64,000 nucleotides of DNA from Frankiales bacterium (GCA_033851265.1 JAWWOW010000025.1:79386-143385), one strand, 5' to 3'. Positions 28,713 to 38,572 are shown, numbered from the stretch's first letter. Notes: a model not told the origin generated them from the sequence alone. A program made the numbers and translations.

Positions 28713-29966
28713 CTAGCCCTGCCCCGAGCCGGCCCGGACGACGGAGACCATCCCAGCACCGAGTCCGGCGAGACAGGCCACGGCAACAGCCATCAAGCCG
28801 AGCGGAACGCCGCCGTCGTGGTGGGCGGGCGCAGACCGTAGGTCGTTGCTCGGGCTCGGTGACAGCGCGGCGGGTGGCGAGGTCATGCGGGGCAGCGGGC
28901 TGATCGTCTTGACCGCATTCGAGGCCGGAGGCTTGCTTGCTGCCGTCGCCTTGTGGGTGGGTGCCGCCGACTTCGTCGGTTTTGCTGTCGTGAATTTCAC
29001 GCCGAGTGCGGCCGCCGCGTCGATGCGACCGGACCCGCCCCCGGACACCGGGTGCGCAGTCCCGGTGATGCGGCTGACAACGTCGGAGGAGCTGTAGCCC
29101 TTGCCGAGCAGCAACGCCGCGAGACCCGAAACGTGCGGCGCAGCCATGGAGGTGCCGGCGAGCGCGGCGTACCCGCCGCCCTTCCACGCCGCGATGATGC
29201 AGTCGTGGCCGTCTGACGCGCAGTCCGCGCCACGCGTGTCACCACCAGGTGCGGCGATTGTCACGCCCTGGCCGCGCTGGCTGTACGACGCGAGGCTGCC
29301 GCTCGGTGCCGTCGCCGCAACGATGAGCGCTTTGCCGCCGTAGTTGTCGCCCACCGGCCGGTTGTCGTTGCCAGCGGCGAACACCACGATGATCCCGCGC
29401 GCCACCGCAGCCTGGACGGCTTGCGTCACGACGCCGTGGTTCTGCTGAGTGTCCGCGTCCTCGGGTGCCAGCGACAGGTTGATGACCTCCGCGCCGTGGC
29501 CCGTGGCCCACCTGATGCCCGCCGCGACATCGGCCGTCGACCCCGTGCAGTCATGACCGTCGTACTTGAGCACGCGCACGGGCAAGATCGTGGCTCTCGG
29601 CGCGATGCCCCACTCCTTGCCGGCGGCCGTCCCAGCCACGTGCGTGCCGTGCCCGCAGGCGTCACGGCTCTTGGATGTGGTCCGGCTGCACGCACCCCCG
29701 ATGCAGTCCGCACCGGTCATCACCCGCCCACTGAGTTCGGGGTGGCCCGCCTCGACCCAGGTGTCGACTATCGCGACGACGACACCTGAGCCTCCCCGGC
29801 CGGCGTTCTGGACGGAGGTGTTGAGGTGAACTTGGTGGAAGTTCCACGACCCCTGGCCGGTGCTCGGCGGCTGGCCGGCGAGCGCAGTGCCCGGCGTACC
29901 CCCGATGAGCAAGCCGAGGACCGCAACGAGCAAGGGCAAGAACACACGCCCCGGCTGTCGGGTCAT
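28713..29966 (-). CDS. S8 family (subtilisin-like) serine peptidase with a C-terminal transmembrane anchor (mycosin-like topology)
   Basis: Signal peptide; catalytic Asp (VVAIVDTWVEAGH), His (HGTHVAG) and Ser (GTSMAAPHVSG) motifs; a C-terminal Pro/Ala-rich linker followed by the TM helix LGLMAVAVACLAGLGAGMV. Confidence 0.8.
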   Translation of the reverse strand: MTRQPGRVFLPLLVAVLGLLIGGTPGTALAGQPPSTGQGSWNFHQVHLNTSVQNAGRGGSGVVVAIVDTWVEAGHPELSGRVMTGADCIGGACSRTTSKSRDACGHGTHVAGTAAGKEWGIAPRATILPVRVLKYDGHDCTGSTADVAAGIRWATGHGAEVINLSLAPEDADTQQNHGVVTQAVQAAVARGIIVVFAAGNDNRPVGDNYGGKALIVAATAPSGSLASYSQRGQGVTIAAPGGDTRGADCASDGHDCIIAAWKGGGYAALAGTSMAAPHVSGLAALLLGKGYSSSDVVSRITGTAHPVSGGGSGRIDAAAALGVKFTTAKPTKSAAPTHKATAASKPPASNAVKTISPLPRMTSPPAALSPSPSNDLRSAPAHHDGGVPLGLMAVAVACLAGLGAGMVSVVRAGSGQG

Positions 29967-30178
29967 CCAGGGCGCTCCTCTGCGAGATGCAGTGTGCGTA
30001 CTTCGCGTGCGAGGCCACCGCGCTCCGCGCCCACATCGTGGACGCAGACGTTATTGGTTGGTGTTTGGTGCCGCACTATGGGTCGGCGACGAGGCGACTG
30101 ACGCGCTCGTCCGGGTCCTCAGGGTACGGCGTTCCGCGCGGATTCGCAGCCCCCGGCGTGTCGGTCAGCCAGGGCTGT

Positions 30179-30475
30179 TTACGGGCCGCCGTCGCCGTTG
30201 TGGCTGCGCACCACGTCGGACAGGCCGCCGGTGAGTCGCGTTGAACCATGACCGCGGTGCGTGAGACCGCTAACCGAGTCGATGACAACGCGCCGCGCAT
30301 CGTCGACGAATCCGGCCGCTTGTGCCTGCAGCACACCGGCCGTTTCCTGCACCGCGGGGTTCTCCATGAGCTTGCGGGTGCCACGCGCAATCGCCTCGTA
30401 CCGCTCCCGTCCCGCCCGCGCACCGAGCACGTATCCGCCGGCGAAACCGATGATGAACGTGGCCTTGTAGCGCAT
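30179..30475 (-). CDS. Small hypothetical protein
   Basis: A 98 aa ORF starting MRYKATFIIGFAGGYVLGARAGRERYEA with an N-terminal hydrophobic helix. Confidence 0.4.
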   Translation of the reverse strand: MRYKATFIIGFAGGYVLGARAGRERYEAIARGTRKLMENPAVQETAGVLQAQAAGFVDDARRVVIDSVSGLTHRGHGSTRLTGGLSDVVRSHNGDGGP

Positions 30476-30629
30476 GGTGCCTCCGGGGCTGCTCTAGCGG
30501 ATCAACAGTGGCGTGGAACCGGCGTACCCCACCGGTCCCGACCGCACCCTACGGCTGTCTCAAGTCGGTCGCCGGACGTGGCGATTGAGGTAGCGTTTGA
30601 TCGCCCGCTGAGCGCGGGTTGCTGAGCAT

Positions 30630-30705
30630 TCCCGCGTAGCTCAATTGGCAGAGCATTCGACTGTTAATCGAAGGGTTCCTGGTTCGAGTCCAGGCGCGGG
30701 AGCCA
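30630..30705 (+). tRNA. tRNA-Asn (anticodon GTT)
   Basis: Manual cloverleaf: acceptor TCCCGCG/CGCGGGA, D-arm GCTC-AATTGGCA-GAGC, anticodon arm TTCGA-CTGTTAA-TCGAA, T-arm CCTGG-TTCGAGT-CCAGG, discriminator G plus an encoded CCA. Confidence 0.9.
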
Positions 30706-30711
30706 AAACTC

Positions 30712-30990
30712 TCAGCCGACGGCGCTCTCGTCCAGCTGCGCTTGGTAGGCCTGGTCGGCCACCCAGAAGCGTTGCCGCGCGGTCTCGGTCCGGGCCTCCG
30801 CAGCGACCAGCGCAGCGGGGTCGACCCGCCCTGGATCGCTCTCGAGCAGCCGGCGGAGTCGGTGCAGCTCGCTCGCGGCCACGTCGAAGTCGGCCAGGGC
30901 GGCGGCCCGCTGGGCTCGGGCGGCAAGCATGGGCGCGGGCAGCGTCGGCAGCGTCGGTGCAGCCACACTCCGGTCACGGAAACGCATCAC
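30712..30990 (-). CDS. Small hypothetical protein (weak call)
   Basis: A 92 aa Ala/Arg-rich ORF between the tRNA-Asn and the M36 gene. Confidence 0.25.
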   Translation of the reverse strand: MMRFRDRSVAAPTLPTLPAPMLAARAQRAAALADFDVAASELHRLRRLLESDPGRVDPAALVAAEARTETARQRFWVADQAYQAQLDESAVG

Positions 30991-31094
30991 GCGCGCACTC
31001 TAAGTCAACATGGGTGGTACGCCGACGCGGCACGCCGTACCTGAAACGACCGGTCACCCGCGGCCGGGTGCCGCGGGTGACCGTCGCGGTGCGT

Positions 31095-33992
31095 TTAGTG
31101 CGGCGAGCCGTAGACCTCGATCTCCGACATGTCCATGAACTGGCAGCCGGAGAAGTCGCCGGGGTCAGGAGCGTCCGGTCCGCACCGTTGCGGGACACCG
31201 CCGTCGCCACAGTCCGCCGGCCCCGTGCACGCGTCGCCGCTGAACGGCACCTGTGGGGTGATCATCGTGAAGCGGAGGTAGCGCACGTTGGTCACCGCGG
31301 TGGCCTTGAGCGCCACGCTGTTCAGGTGCCCGCGGTTGCCGGCGTAGAAGATGCCGGAACTGAGGTCCTTGAACAGCCCGACACCGGTTGTCGACACCTC
31401 GATGCGGTAGCGCCGCGTTGAGGCACTCCCGCCGTCACCACACGTAGCGGCCGGGTCCACGGCAACCTCGGAGATGTCGATCGCCGTCGGCAGCTTGATG
31501 GTGATGTGCTTCGGCACCGCCGTGCCGTCGGGCTGGTCGGTTGCACCGGTGTCGCTGCCCCAACCGGAGCCGAGGTTCTGGTCGATCGCACCGTTCGGGC
31601 CGCAGCCGAAGTTGGAGTAGTCAGGCGGGTCGAACTTCGTGACATCAGCACCGCCGAAGATCGATGCCCAGTCGCGGCGCAGCTGGAAGTTCTTCGTCTT
31701 CGAGGGTGTGCTGATCGTCATGCTCGGCACGACGTTGATGTCGAAGCCCGCCCCGATCGCGAAGACCTTCGGGTAGGTCCCATAGGTGATCCCGTTGATC
31801 GTGTAGTTGCCGGCGGCGTTGGTCGTCGCCGCCAGGTCGGCCCCGAAGCCGGAGTCGTGTCCAGCGAACGCAACCGTGATCCCCGGGATGGGGCTGCCGG
31901 TTTCTTGGTTGGTCACCAGGCCCTTCAAGGTGCCGGTCGGCGTGCCAGGCGCCGGCGGCAGGCTGAAGTCTTCTGCTGGTGTCACGTCACCGCCGTCGAT
32001 CGCGCCGGCGAAGTAACCCATGCCGCGATGAGCGAAGACGGTCCAGACGGTCTTGCTCCAGCGGCCGTCACCGACTGCGTCCGCCTGCAGGATTGCGTTG
32101 CGCATGTCGAGCATCGTGGGGTCCGCGGGCGAGAGCTCCATCGCGCGGGTGACGAGACGCTCAGCGGTGAACGAGCCGACCGCGGTGCGGAGGTCCCACA
32201 AGGTCTCCGCCCAAATCTCGCCCTCCGCGTGGACCTCGGGGAAGCCGATGACCTTGCCGTAGTCGCCGTAGGTGTAGCCGCCGGGGCCGGTGTCGGCGCC
32301 GCCCGGGCACGCGTCGTCGGTGCTGCCGACCGGGCAGTCGAGGGGTTGCGTCCGGAACAGGCTCTGGCCACCCGCGGTGTACAGGCCGATGGCCATCTCG
32401 CCCGGCGCCGAGGTGTCGGTCATCAAGCCTTGCCGGCCCAGGAAGTCGAGGGCATACCAGTCACTCCAACCCTCACCCATCGAAGCCGCCTGGATGCTGG
32501 CGATGGTCGAGTTGCCGTCCGAGTCAACGACGAGCCGGTTCGAGAGCCCGTGCGTGTTCTCGTGGTAGACGATCGAAGCCTCATCCGAGCTGTTGCCGGC
32601 AATGAACGGGTCTTCGTCGGGATAGGACAGGCCCGGCTCATGGAACAGGTACATCTGCATACGTCCCGGCGTACCGTCCGGCGGTGTCGAGAAGTTGGCG
32701 TTGTCGGTGTGGAAGAAGTCGGGGAAGCCATCGCCATTGACGTTGGCGCCGTCGATGTTCTCCCCGTTGACCGCGTCGGAGCCTTGGAAGTTCCCGGCGG
32801 CAGGGGTGAATCCGATCGGGTCCTTCGCCAGATGGTCGTGGAACTTGTTGATGAAGTAGAACAGCTGCGTGGCGCTCTGCGCTCGGTTGGTCTTCCAGGA
32901 GAACGCCTTGTCAGGGTTCCACGAGCAGGGATATCCCGGCGGGCATGCGGGGCCCTGGAACTCCGTGAACGGGTAGTTGAAGTTGCTCGTGTTGTCCTTC
33001 GTCGTCTCCTCGTTGGCGGACGACGTATTGGAGTCGTTGACGTCGCTGTAGACGTGGGCGTTGGGACCACTCAACGTGGTGGCGCCTTGGTTGAGCCACT
33101 GGTCCAGTGTCACGCGATGGCGCGTGCCACCCAACGGCGCGTTCGGGTAGTTCTCGAGCACGTCCGCTGTGTCGTTGTTGACCAGGCTCCGGCGGTAGAG
33201 CAGCCGGCTGTCGGTTGCGTCGATGACGGAGAGGAACATCTCGCTGCCCGAGCCGACGATCGTCTGGTAGGCGAGACGGGTGCCCTCGACCGTGCGGAAG
33301 TAGACCTGCTTGGTCGCGCTACCGCCGGACACGGCTGCGTCGCGGCGTGCGGCAGCGATGGCTTGCGATGCGCTGATGCGTGCTGTTGACGTGGCGCGGT
33401 CGAAGTTGGCGAGTGGCGAGCCGACAACGTTGACCAGCCGGCCATCCTTGGTGACAGCGGCCTTCAAACCATTCCCGAACACCGGAACGCCCGCGATCCG
33501 CTGCTGGAAGAACAGGTGATGTGTGCCCTCGATGTCGGCGTAGTCACGGACGAGGTTCAACGCCTGGACGGCTTGAGTGGTGAGACCTAGCGCGGTCGCG
33601 TTCGTCGTGACATAGCCGAGCGCGATCGCCTGCGGTGTTGCCTTGCTCGGGCTGGTCAGGAATCCGTCCGTGCGACCGATCATGCGGACGGTGCCGGTCA
33701 GTGGGTCGATTGACAGCAGACCCTGATTACCGAGCTTGCTTCGGAGTGCCGCGGCCGCCGCCGCCGCGGAGGCAGCGCGCTGTGGGGCGAGGGCGCGAAG
33801 CGCCTTCTGCGCTGCTGGCGTCTTCCGGGCGTCGTACAGCGCCTTCTTGGCGTGCGGCTGGGACGCTTGCCCGCGGCTGCCCTCGGCCCGGTCGGTGACG
33901 GCTCGCGCAGCCGGTGCACCGGCCGCGACGGACGCGACCATTCCCGCGATGACGATGACGCGTAGCGAGCGACGAGCGATTGGCTTGCGCAT
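31095..33992 (-). CDS. Secreted M36 (fungalysin-like) zinc metallopeptidase with an FTP propeptide, a carboxypeptidase-regulatory-like domain and an F5/8-type-C (discoidin) domain
   Basis: Signal peptide MRKPIARRSLRVIVIAGMVASVAAGAPAARA. The zinc motif YHENTHGLSNRL (HExxH) plus GEGWSDWYALDF match the M36 signatures HEYTHG / GEGWSD. The C-terminus has a GNYTINGITYGTY beta-sandwich and a discoidin-like domain. Confidence 0.8.
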   Translation of the reverse strand: MRKPIARRSLRVIVIAGMVASVAAGAPAARAVTDRAEGSRGQASQPHAKKALYDARKTPAAQKALRALAPQRAASAAAAAAALRSKLGNQGLLSIDPLTGTVRMIGRTDGFLTSPSKATPQAIALGYVTTNATALGLTTQAVQALNLVRDYADIEGTHHLFFQQRIAGVPVFGNGLKAAVTKDGRLVNVVGSPLANFDRATSTARISASQAIAAARRDAAVSGGSATKQVYFRTVEGTRLAYQTIVGSGSEMFLSVIDATDSRLLYRRSLVNNDTADVLENYPNAPLGGTRHRVTLDQWLNQGATTLSGPNAHVYSDVNDSNTSSANEETTKDNTSNFNYPFTEFQGPACPPGYPCSWNPDKAFSWKTNRAQSATQLFYFINKFHDHLAKDPIGFTPAAGNFQGSDAVNGENIDGANVNGDGFPDFFHTDNANFSTPPDGTPGRMQMYLFHEPGLSYPDEDPFIAGNSSDEASIVYHENTHGLSNRLVVDSDGNSTIASIQAASMGEGWSDWYALDFLGRQGLMTDTSAPGEMAIGLYTAGGQSLFRTQPLDCPVGSTDDACPGGADTGPGGYTYGDYGKVIGFPEVHAEGEIWAETLWDLRTAVGSFTAERLVTRAMELSPADPTMLDMRNAILQADAVGDGRWSKTVWTVFAHRGMGYFAGAIDGGDVTPAEDFSLPPAPGTPTGTLKGLVTNQETGSPIPGITVAFAGHDSGFGADLAATTNAAGNYTINGITYGTYPKVFAIGAGFDINVVPSMTISTPSKTKNFQLRRDWASIFGGADVTKFDPPDYSNFGCGPNGAIDQNLGSGWGSDTGATDQPDGTAVPKHITIKLPTAIDISEVAVDPAATCGDGGSASTRRYRIEVSTTGVGLFKDLSSGIFYAGNRGHLNSVALKATAVTNVRYLRFTMITPQVPFSGDACTGPADCGDGGVPQRCGPDAPDPGDFSGCQFMDMSEIEVYGSPH

Positions 33993-34134
33993 AACCCAGC
34001 CCCCCCGATCGGCAGATGCCAGCGGGCAGGATCCTGTACCCATTTGGGATGGTTCGTCCAGAGGTTGGCGTGGACATGGGTCCCGTGAGGCGATTGTGCT
34101 CGTCGTAGAGTCGCGGCTCGCGGGTCATCCCGCC

Positions 34135-34208
34135 GGGGCAGTAGCTCAGCCGGTTAGAGCAGGGGACTCATAATCCCTGGGTCGCAGGTTCGAGTCCTGC
34201 CTGCCCCA
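34135..34208 (+). tRNA. tRNA-Met (anticodon CAT), elongator type; CCA not encoded
   Basis: Cloverleaf: acceptor GGGGCAG/CTGCCCC, D-arm GCTC-AGCCGGTTA-GAGC, anticodon arm GGGGA-CTCATAA-TCCCT, T-arm GCAGG-TTCGAGT-CCTGC, discriminator A. The 1:72 pair is G:C, and the anticodon-stem pair adjacent to the loop is A:T, so it is not an initiator. Confidence 0.9.
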
Positions 34209-34240
34209 CTAAGTGCCTGCCCCACTAAGCCCCCACCAAG
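34198..34240 (+). repeat. Tandem duplication (16 bp x ~2.7) of the tRNA-Met 3' end; att-like integration scar
   Basis: TGCCTGCCCCACTAAG occurs at 34198-34213 (overlapping the tRNA T-stem and acceptor 3' half) and is repeated exactly at 34214-34229, then partially (CCCCCACCAAG) at 34230-34240. Confidence 0.8.
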
Positions 34241-34593
34241 CGTTTCCGGGCGCTCGCCCACGGCGAGCCACTGACAACTCAGCAAATCGTTGAGCAGCTC
34301 CTACGGTCTCCATCGAGACCGTCCGTCGGAAGCTGGCCTCGCTGCCAGCGGTCAATGTCAGGCCAGGGGTGAGAGCCGTCGACGCTTCTCCCGCACACAT
34401 CGGGCGCGATAGCGCCTCTACGGCGCTGCCGCCTGCGCCCTGACGCGGCAAGGCAGTGTGTTGTTGGGTCCCGAAATTTAGGAGGTCAGGCGAGGTACCC
34501 GCCTGTTCGTCAGAGTTGACGGGGTGCTATCGGCGTGATCGCACCCTGATAATCGAACGGTCAAAGATTGCGCGTTCGTAGGGAGACTCGTAG

Positions 34594-35328
34594 ATGCTTG
34601 CAAGCCTGTTGCCCGGCCTGCGGGATATCCGGACTCCACTAACGGTTGGGTACCTCTACCTGCTACTCGGCTGGATTTGGTTCGCGGATGACATCCCACG
34701 GGCGAGGCCGAATGGCGATGGGCTAATTGCACGCCTCTTCGACCTTGGTGACGCTCTCGGCAGGCCGGCGGCGCTAGCAGCGCTGAGTTTCGTCGCTTAT
34801 GTACTGGGAGCGCTCCTGACAATCTCCTCGGAACGCGGGTTCGGCCGCTTAGTGCTCGACACACGGACACCTGCGATTGGCATCGACGCCAGACAGACTC
34901 GTTTTGAGATGTTCGAACGGCTTAGGGAGACTCACGGACGAATACTTGAGCACGCGAGTGGGTGGTCGCCCGAGCAGATGAGCCGATTGGATGATGAAAT
35001 CGGTCGTGCGCAAAACGCCAATGCCGCCGACCTGAGGACCCGACTTCTGGTTGCGAATCAGGAGCTCTATAGCGAGTACGACCGACTTGCGGCTGAAGCT
35101 GAGTTTCGACTGAACCTTGTTCTCCCGCTGCTAATGACCGGCATCACCGCATCCGCCGAGTTGTCGCTGTGGTACCTCCCCGCCTCAGCCGCCGTCGTAC
35201 TGCTACTTGCATTTCAAGGTTTGGCCCGCAGAGCTGAAGCGCAATCAGTGATTTCTCGTGCAGTCCTCTCGGGAACTATTCGACATCCGATGGAGACACT
35301 CCTGGCGCGCTTTGATGACGCCTCTTAG
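34594..35328 (+). CDS. Hypothetical membrane protein (TM helices at both ends), first gene of the lower-GC block
   Basis: A 244 aa ORF preceded by GGGAGA. There are hydrophobic segments at the N- and C-termini and a helical middle region. Confidence 0.45.
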   Translation: MLASLLPGLRDIRTPLTVGYLYLLLGWIWFADDIPRARPNGDGLIARLFDLGDALGRPAALAALSFVAYVLGALLTISSERGFGRLVLDTRTPAIGIDARQTRFEMFERLRETHGRILEHASGWSPEQMSRLDDEIGRAQNANAADLRTRLLVANQELYSEYDRLAAEAEFRLNLVLPLLMTGITASAELSLWYLPASAAVVLLLAFQGLARRAEAQSVISRAVLSGTIRHPMETLLARFDDAS

Positions 35329-35336
35329 AAGTGGCG

Positions 35337-36635
35337 TTAGTCCCAGTTCGGCGCGTGGTCATCGACGAACGCCTGTTCGCCCCAAACCGGGTCCTCGCCG
35401 GGAAAGCCCCGAGGCGGTTCAGGTCCATCGAACAGCCATTGATCAGGCGTAGGGCCAGCCGCACCAATGGCGAAGCACCAACCCGTGATCGTTCGTCGCC
35501 ATCCAAACCAAGCTTGACCACCCGTGCGTACCAGCATCTCCACGCCGTGCGGCTCGCTCAATCCGGAGGAACTGAAGTCCAACACCATCGCCAAGTCGGC
35601 CTTGTAGCGACCATCGTTGTTGTGCCGGCCCATTTGACAAACAGCTAGCCATCTCAGCGCCGCCTGCGTCTGAGTGAACTCGCGCCGATCAAGTTGTCGC
35701 CCTTGATCGTCTGTGCCTTGCACACGCGCAAGGTCACGAAGTCGGTTTGCGGCTGCGGTAGCGGCGTCTATCTCCTGCACTTGATGCTTGCGGAACGCCT
35801 TCACAACGCCGAGCGCGGCTCGGAGGGAATCCGTCTGCGCAACTTGGTACAGCCACGACCCGGCGAACGCTGACACCTTCCGTATCCGAAAACGCAGTCC
35901 CAGAACGACTGCGAGCTTCGCGCGGAGCCTCTGTGGTCGCGAGTCGTTACGGAACCCAATGCGCATAAATAGCTGCTCGTAGGCCGCGTAGAGACTGAAC
36001 GCATAGACGTATGGGATGACAGAAACGACCAACCAAACGGGCAGAGCTAGCTCTCGCAGGCTTTCGTGCTTGTCGAGCTCATGCCAATGCCGGGCAACAT
36101 GACTTGTGACATAGGCGAACAGGAGAAGTCCGGTCAGGGCTAGTAAGAAGTCTGCCACCCGCGCGACCAGGAGCGTCTCTTTGGTCCTGGCAGCGACCAC
36201 GCCAAGCAGGGTCACGAAGACCAGGATGGGCAGTAGAAGAAGTTCTGCTACCCGAGAAAGCACAACGAAGTTGAGGTAAAAGTCCAGCAACGCGGATACC
36301 TGCACGGCTCGGATCAGAGTTCGGCGAAAGTAATGTTCTTCTTTCATCGCCCTGTCGAGATTGACGAGGAACGTCAGCCCTGGGACGACGAACCAAAAGG
36401 CTGTGTCGGTCGCTTGGTTTAGGTCCCAAAGGTCGAGGGAGCGGGCAGCTAAGACCGCCCCTCCAACATTCGCGGCTAGCAACAACACCGGCACGATGAT
36501 CGTCGCGTTCGCTGTGATGCTTACAAACGAACGGATGGATGCTCGACCACTACGTGTTGTCATTACGCCAGCGACGACGACCAACAACCAGATCAGGAGC
36601 GCCTGCTGCCGATTGTTCGGCATGTCCCGTTGCAC
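35337..36635 (-). CDS. Polytopic membrane protein (~7 TM) with a ~150 aa C-terminal soluble domain; last gene of the putative nuclease operon
   Basis: A 432 aa ORF with strong TM periodicity in the N-terminal 280 aa and a Trp-rich C-terminal domain. It lies 93 bp downstream of the nuclease gene on the same strand. Confidence 0.5.
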   Translation of the reverse strand: MQRDMPNNRQQALLIWLLVVVAGVMTTRSGRASIRSFVSITANATIIVPVLLLAANVGGAVLAARSLDLWDLNQATDTAFWFVVPGLTFLVNLDRAMKEEHYFRRTLIRAVQVSALLDFYLNFVVLSRVAELLLLPILVFVTLLGVVAARTKETLLVARVADFLLALTGLLLFAYVTSHVARHWHELDKHESLRELALPVWLVVSVIPYVYAFSLYAAYEQLFMRIGFRNDSRPQRLRAKLAVVLGLRFRIRKVSAFAGSWLYQVAQTDSLRAALGVVKAFRKHQVQEIDAATAAANRLRDLARVQGTDDQGRQLDRREFTQTQAALRWLAVCQMGRHNNDGRYKADLAMVLDFSSSGLSEPHGVEMLVRTGGQAWFGWRRTITGWCFAIGAAGPTPDQWLFDGPEPPRGFPGEDPVWGEQAFVDDHAPNWD

Positions 36636-36728
36636 CCCCGGTAATTCATCAAAGGGCTGTTGCTGAAAAGGCTGTAGCGGAGCACTGACAGTTCCCCGGC
36701 ATCTCGCAAGGGAGATGCCTTGTGTGCG

Positions 36729-38452
36729 CTACGGACTTCCGAGCACCTCTTCGCCAGCGGTTGGGCCGTCGGTAGTACCAGACACCGCTGCCGCGTCGTC
36801 CTGTGATGACAATGCGGTGGAGACAAGCTCATTGGGGATGTTTGGCTCCGTGAGCTGTCCCGGCTCAGGCTGGCGCAGTTTGGGCGGTGCGGGTGACCAT
36901 CCCTTTACCGACTGGACAACGCCCTTGTAGAAGGAATCGAGCAGGTCCAGCACGGAACCCACGAATGACCCTTTGCCCTGTCCGCGCTTGCTGCCACTCG
37001 ACTTGGAAAGCGTGAGGGTGAAGGAACGTATCTCCCGCTTCTGCTCGTCCAGCAACAGCGACGGGTCCTCACGGACCTTGCGCAACAGGTCGGACCTGCT
37101 TGTTCCGCGCGACCAAGGTGTGAACGCGTCGATACGCAGATCATCAGGGGCGTCTTTCAACTGGCGCAGCAACCAGTTGATACGCGTTAGCGGTCGTCCC
37201 TCTTTGGGAGCGTCCACCGACAGTGACGCCGAGACCTGTCCGGCCCGCAGATCGGCGGTCAGCACGACAGGACCAACGGTGTTGGGAACTCGTAGAGAGC
37301 CCGTGAGCGTGCCCTTGCTCACCAGCGATGTCATCTGTTCTTGCATCCGCGAACCCGGATTTGCTAGGTCACGGCGTGACAGCGCAGGCAGCACCTCGAT
37401 GCCCAGTTGGCGTCCGAGACGCATCCCCGCGTAGCGCACGAGCTGCTCCCACTTCGCAGCAACTTCGGTAACGCCCTTGTCGGTCGCACGGACAGTTCCC
37501 GCACTGATGGCGTCGCGCACGGTCACCCACGACGTGCCCATGTCATCGAAATCGACAAGCCCGGACTTCGGATGTTCCAGATACCGGATGAATTCGGAAA
37601 GGATGTATGCCTGGTCAGGATCGCTCACCGAACTGTTGACCTTGTGCATAATCGCTTCGGTGTGAATCTGACTCCACGACAAATGATGCAGCGCAACCTT
37701 GCGCAGCTTCCGCTTGTCCACCGCCGTGGGATGCACACCGCTGGCCGTTGGTATCTCATTGGATATTGAGAGCAGCGCATTGAACCCCTGCTCGCGTGCC
37801 ACGTCGAGGTAGCACTCCAATTGCTCAGCACGGAGGTCGTTCTTTCCGGTCTTCACCTCAACCAGCGCAACCCATGAACGCTGGCCGCGCGTTACGCGGA
37901 TAAGGCCGTCTGGGTAGACCCGCTTGCCGTTCAGATCGAACGGCACCTCGATGAACGTCTCGATAGTCCCGGCAGGGGCATCCAGGCGTGCGGTCACCGA
38001 CTTGCCGAACTCCCGAACCGCGCTCAGCACGGCCAGTAGCGCCGACGTGCCGCGTCTCTCCTGCTCATCAGCGCCCGAGATGCCCGTGGTCGGGATCAGG
38101 CGTGCTGCGTGCCAACTTTCCTCTGCCACCGCGTCTCCCCGTGCTGCCAGTCCGTCGCGTAACGGCGACCGTAGACCGAAAGGTCTCCATTGAGCACGTG
38201 GGCAGGTCAGCCAGTCCGTCTGCAACGTCGCGTACGTTCCGTTCGGGTCGAGCCGACGAAAGCCGACTCGGTGCCGATCTGGCGGATCACCCACTGCGCG
38301 ACTGTTGCGGCGACTGGCATATCGCTGGTCGAAGACATTGAAGCCGACAGCTACGAGCGGGAAGGCAGCTGGCAGTTGCTGGTCATCTGGCAGTGCGTGG
38401 TCAATCGGCCACGCATGGTCGTTGTGCGCAGGTTGCCGATGAACGTGCATGT
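36729..38452 (-). CDS. RecB/Cas4-like PD-(D/E)xK nuclease-domain protein (~574 aa) with extra N- and C-terminal domains; start uncertain
   Basis: A complete RecB-family motif set is present: motif I E (TIETFIEVPFD), motif II D (YPDGLIRV), motif III ExK (WVALVEVKTGKN) and a QxxxY motif (RAEQLECY). The conserved N-terminal segment is WHAARLIPTTGISGADEQERRGTSALLAVL. The ATG at 38452 was chosen; the maximal ORF extends to 38603. Confidence 0.6.
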
Positions 38453-38572
38453 GGAACGGCGGTGTGCGTGAGCGAAACACCGAAACGCACGCCTGAGAGC
38501 GCCAGTTCGCCTCCGCGTCGGTCTGTTCGCGGCGAGACCATAAGGAGTAGTCGTCGCTGCCTTGAACGCGTG

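Noticed and set aside
28237-29187. The maximal 316-aa ORF covering the lipoprotein gene and running into the S8 gene
   Set aside because: The N-terminal 170 aa are Arg/Cys-rich and overlap the S8 coding frame. A clean lipoprotein signal (MRRAQ...LAAAC) begins at 28677.
31506-33389. A 627-aa ORF antisense to the M36 protease gene
   Set aside because: A shadow ORF; the M36 frame carries HExxH/EGWSD signatures and a signal peptide.
8652-34043. Functional pairing of the emfourin-like small protein with the M36 protease
   Set aside because: They lie 22 kb apart on different transcription units, and emfourins are described as inhibitors of M4 proteases, not M36.
34230-34594. Integrase or excisionase gene expected next to the att-like repeat
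   Set aside because: No ORF with tyrosine- or serine-recombinase motifs exists anywhere in 34.2-47 kb. The element, if mobile, is degenerate or mobilised in trans.
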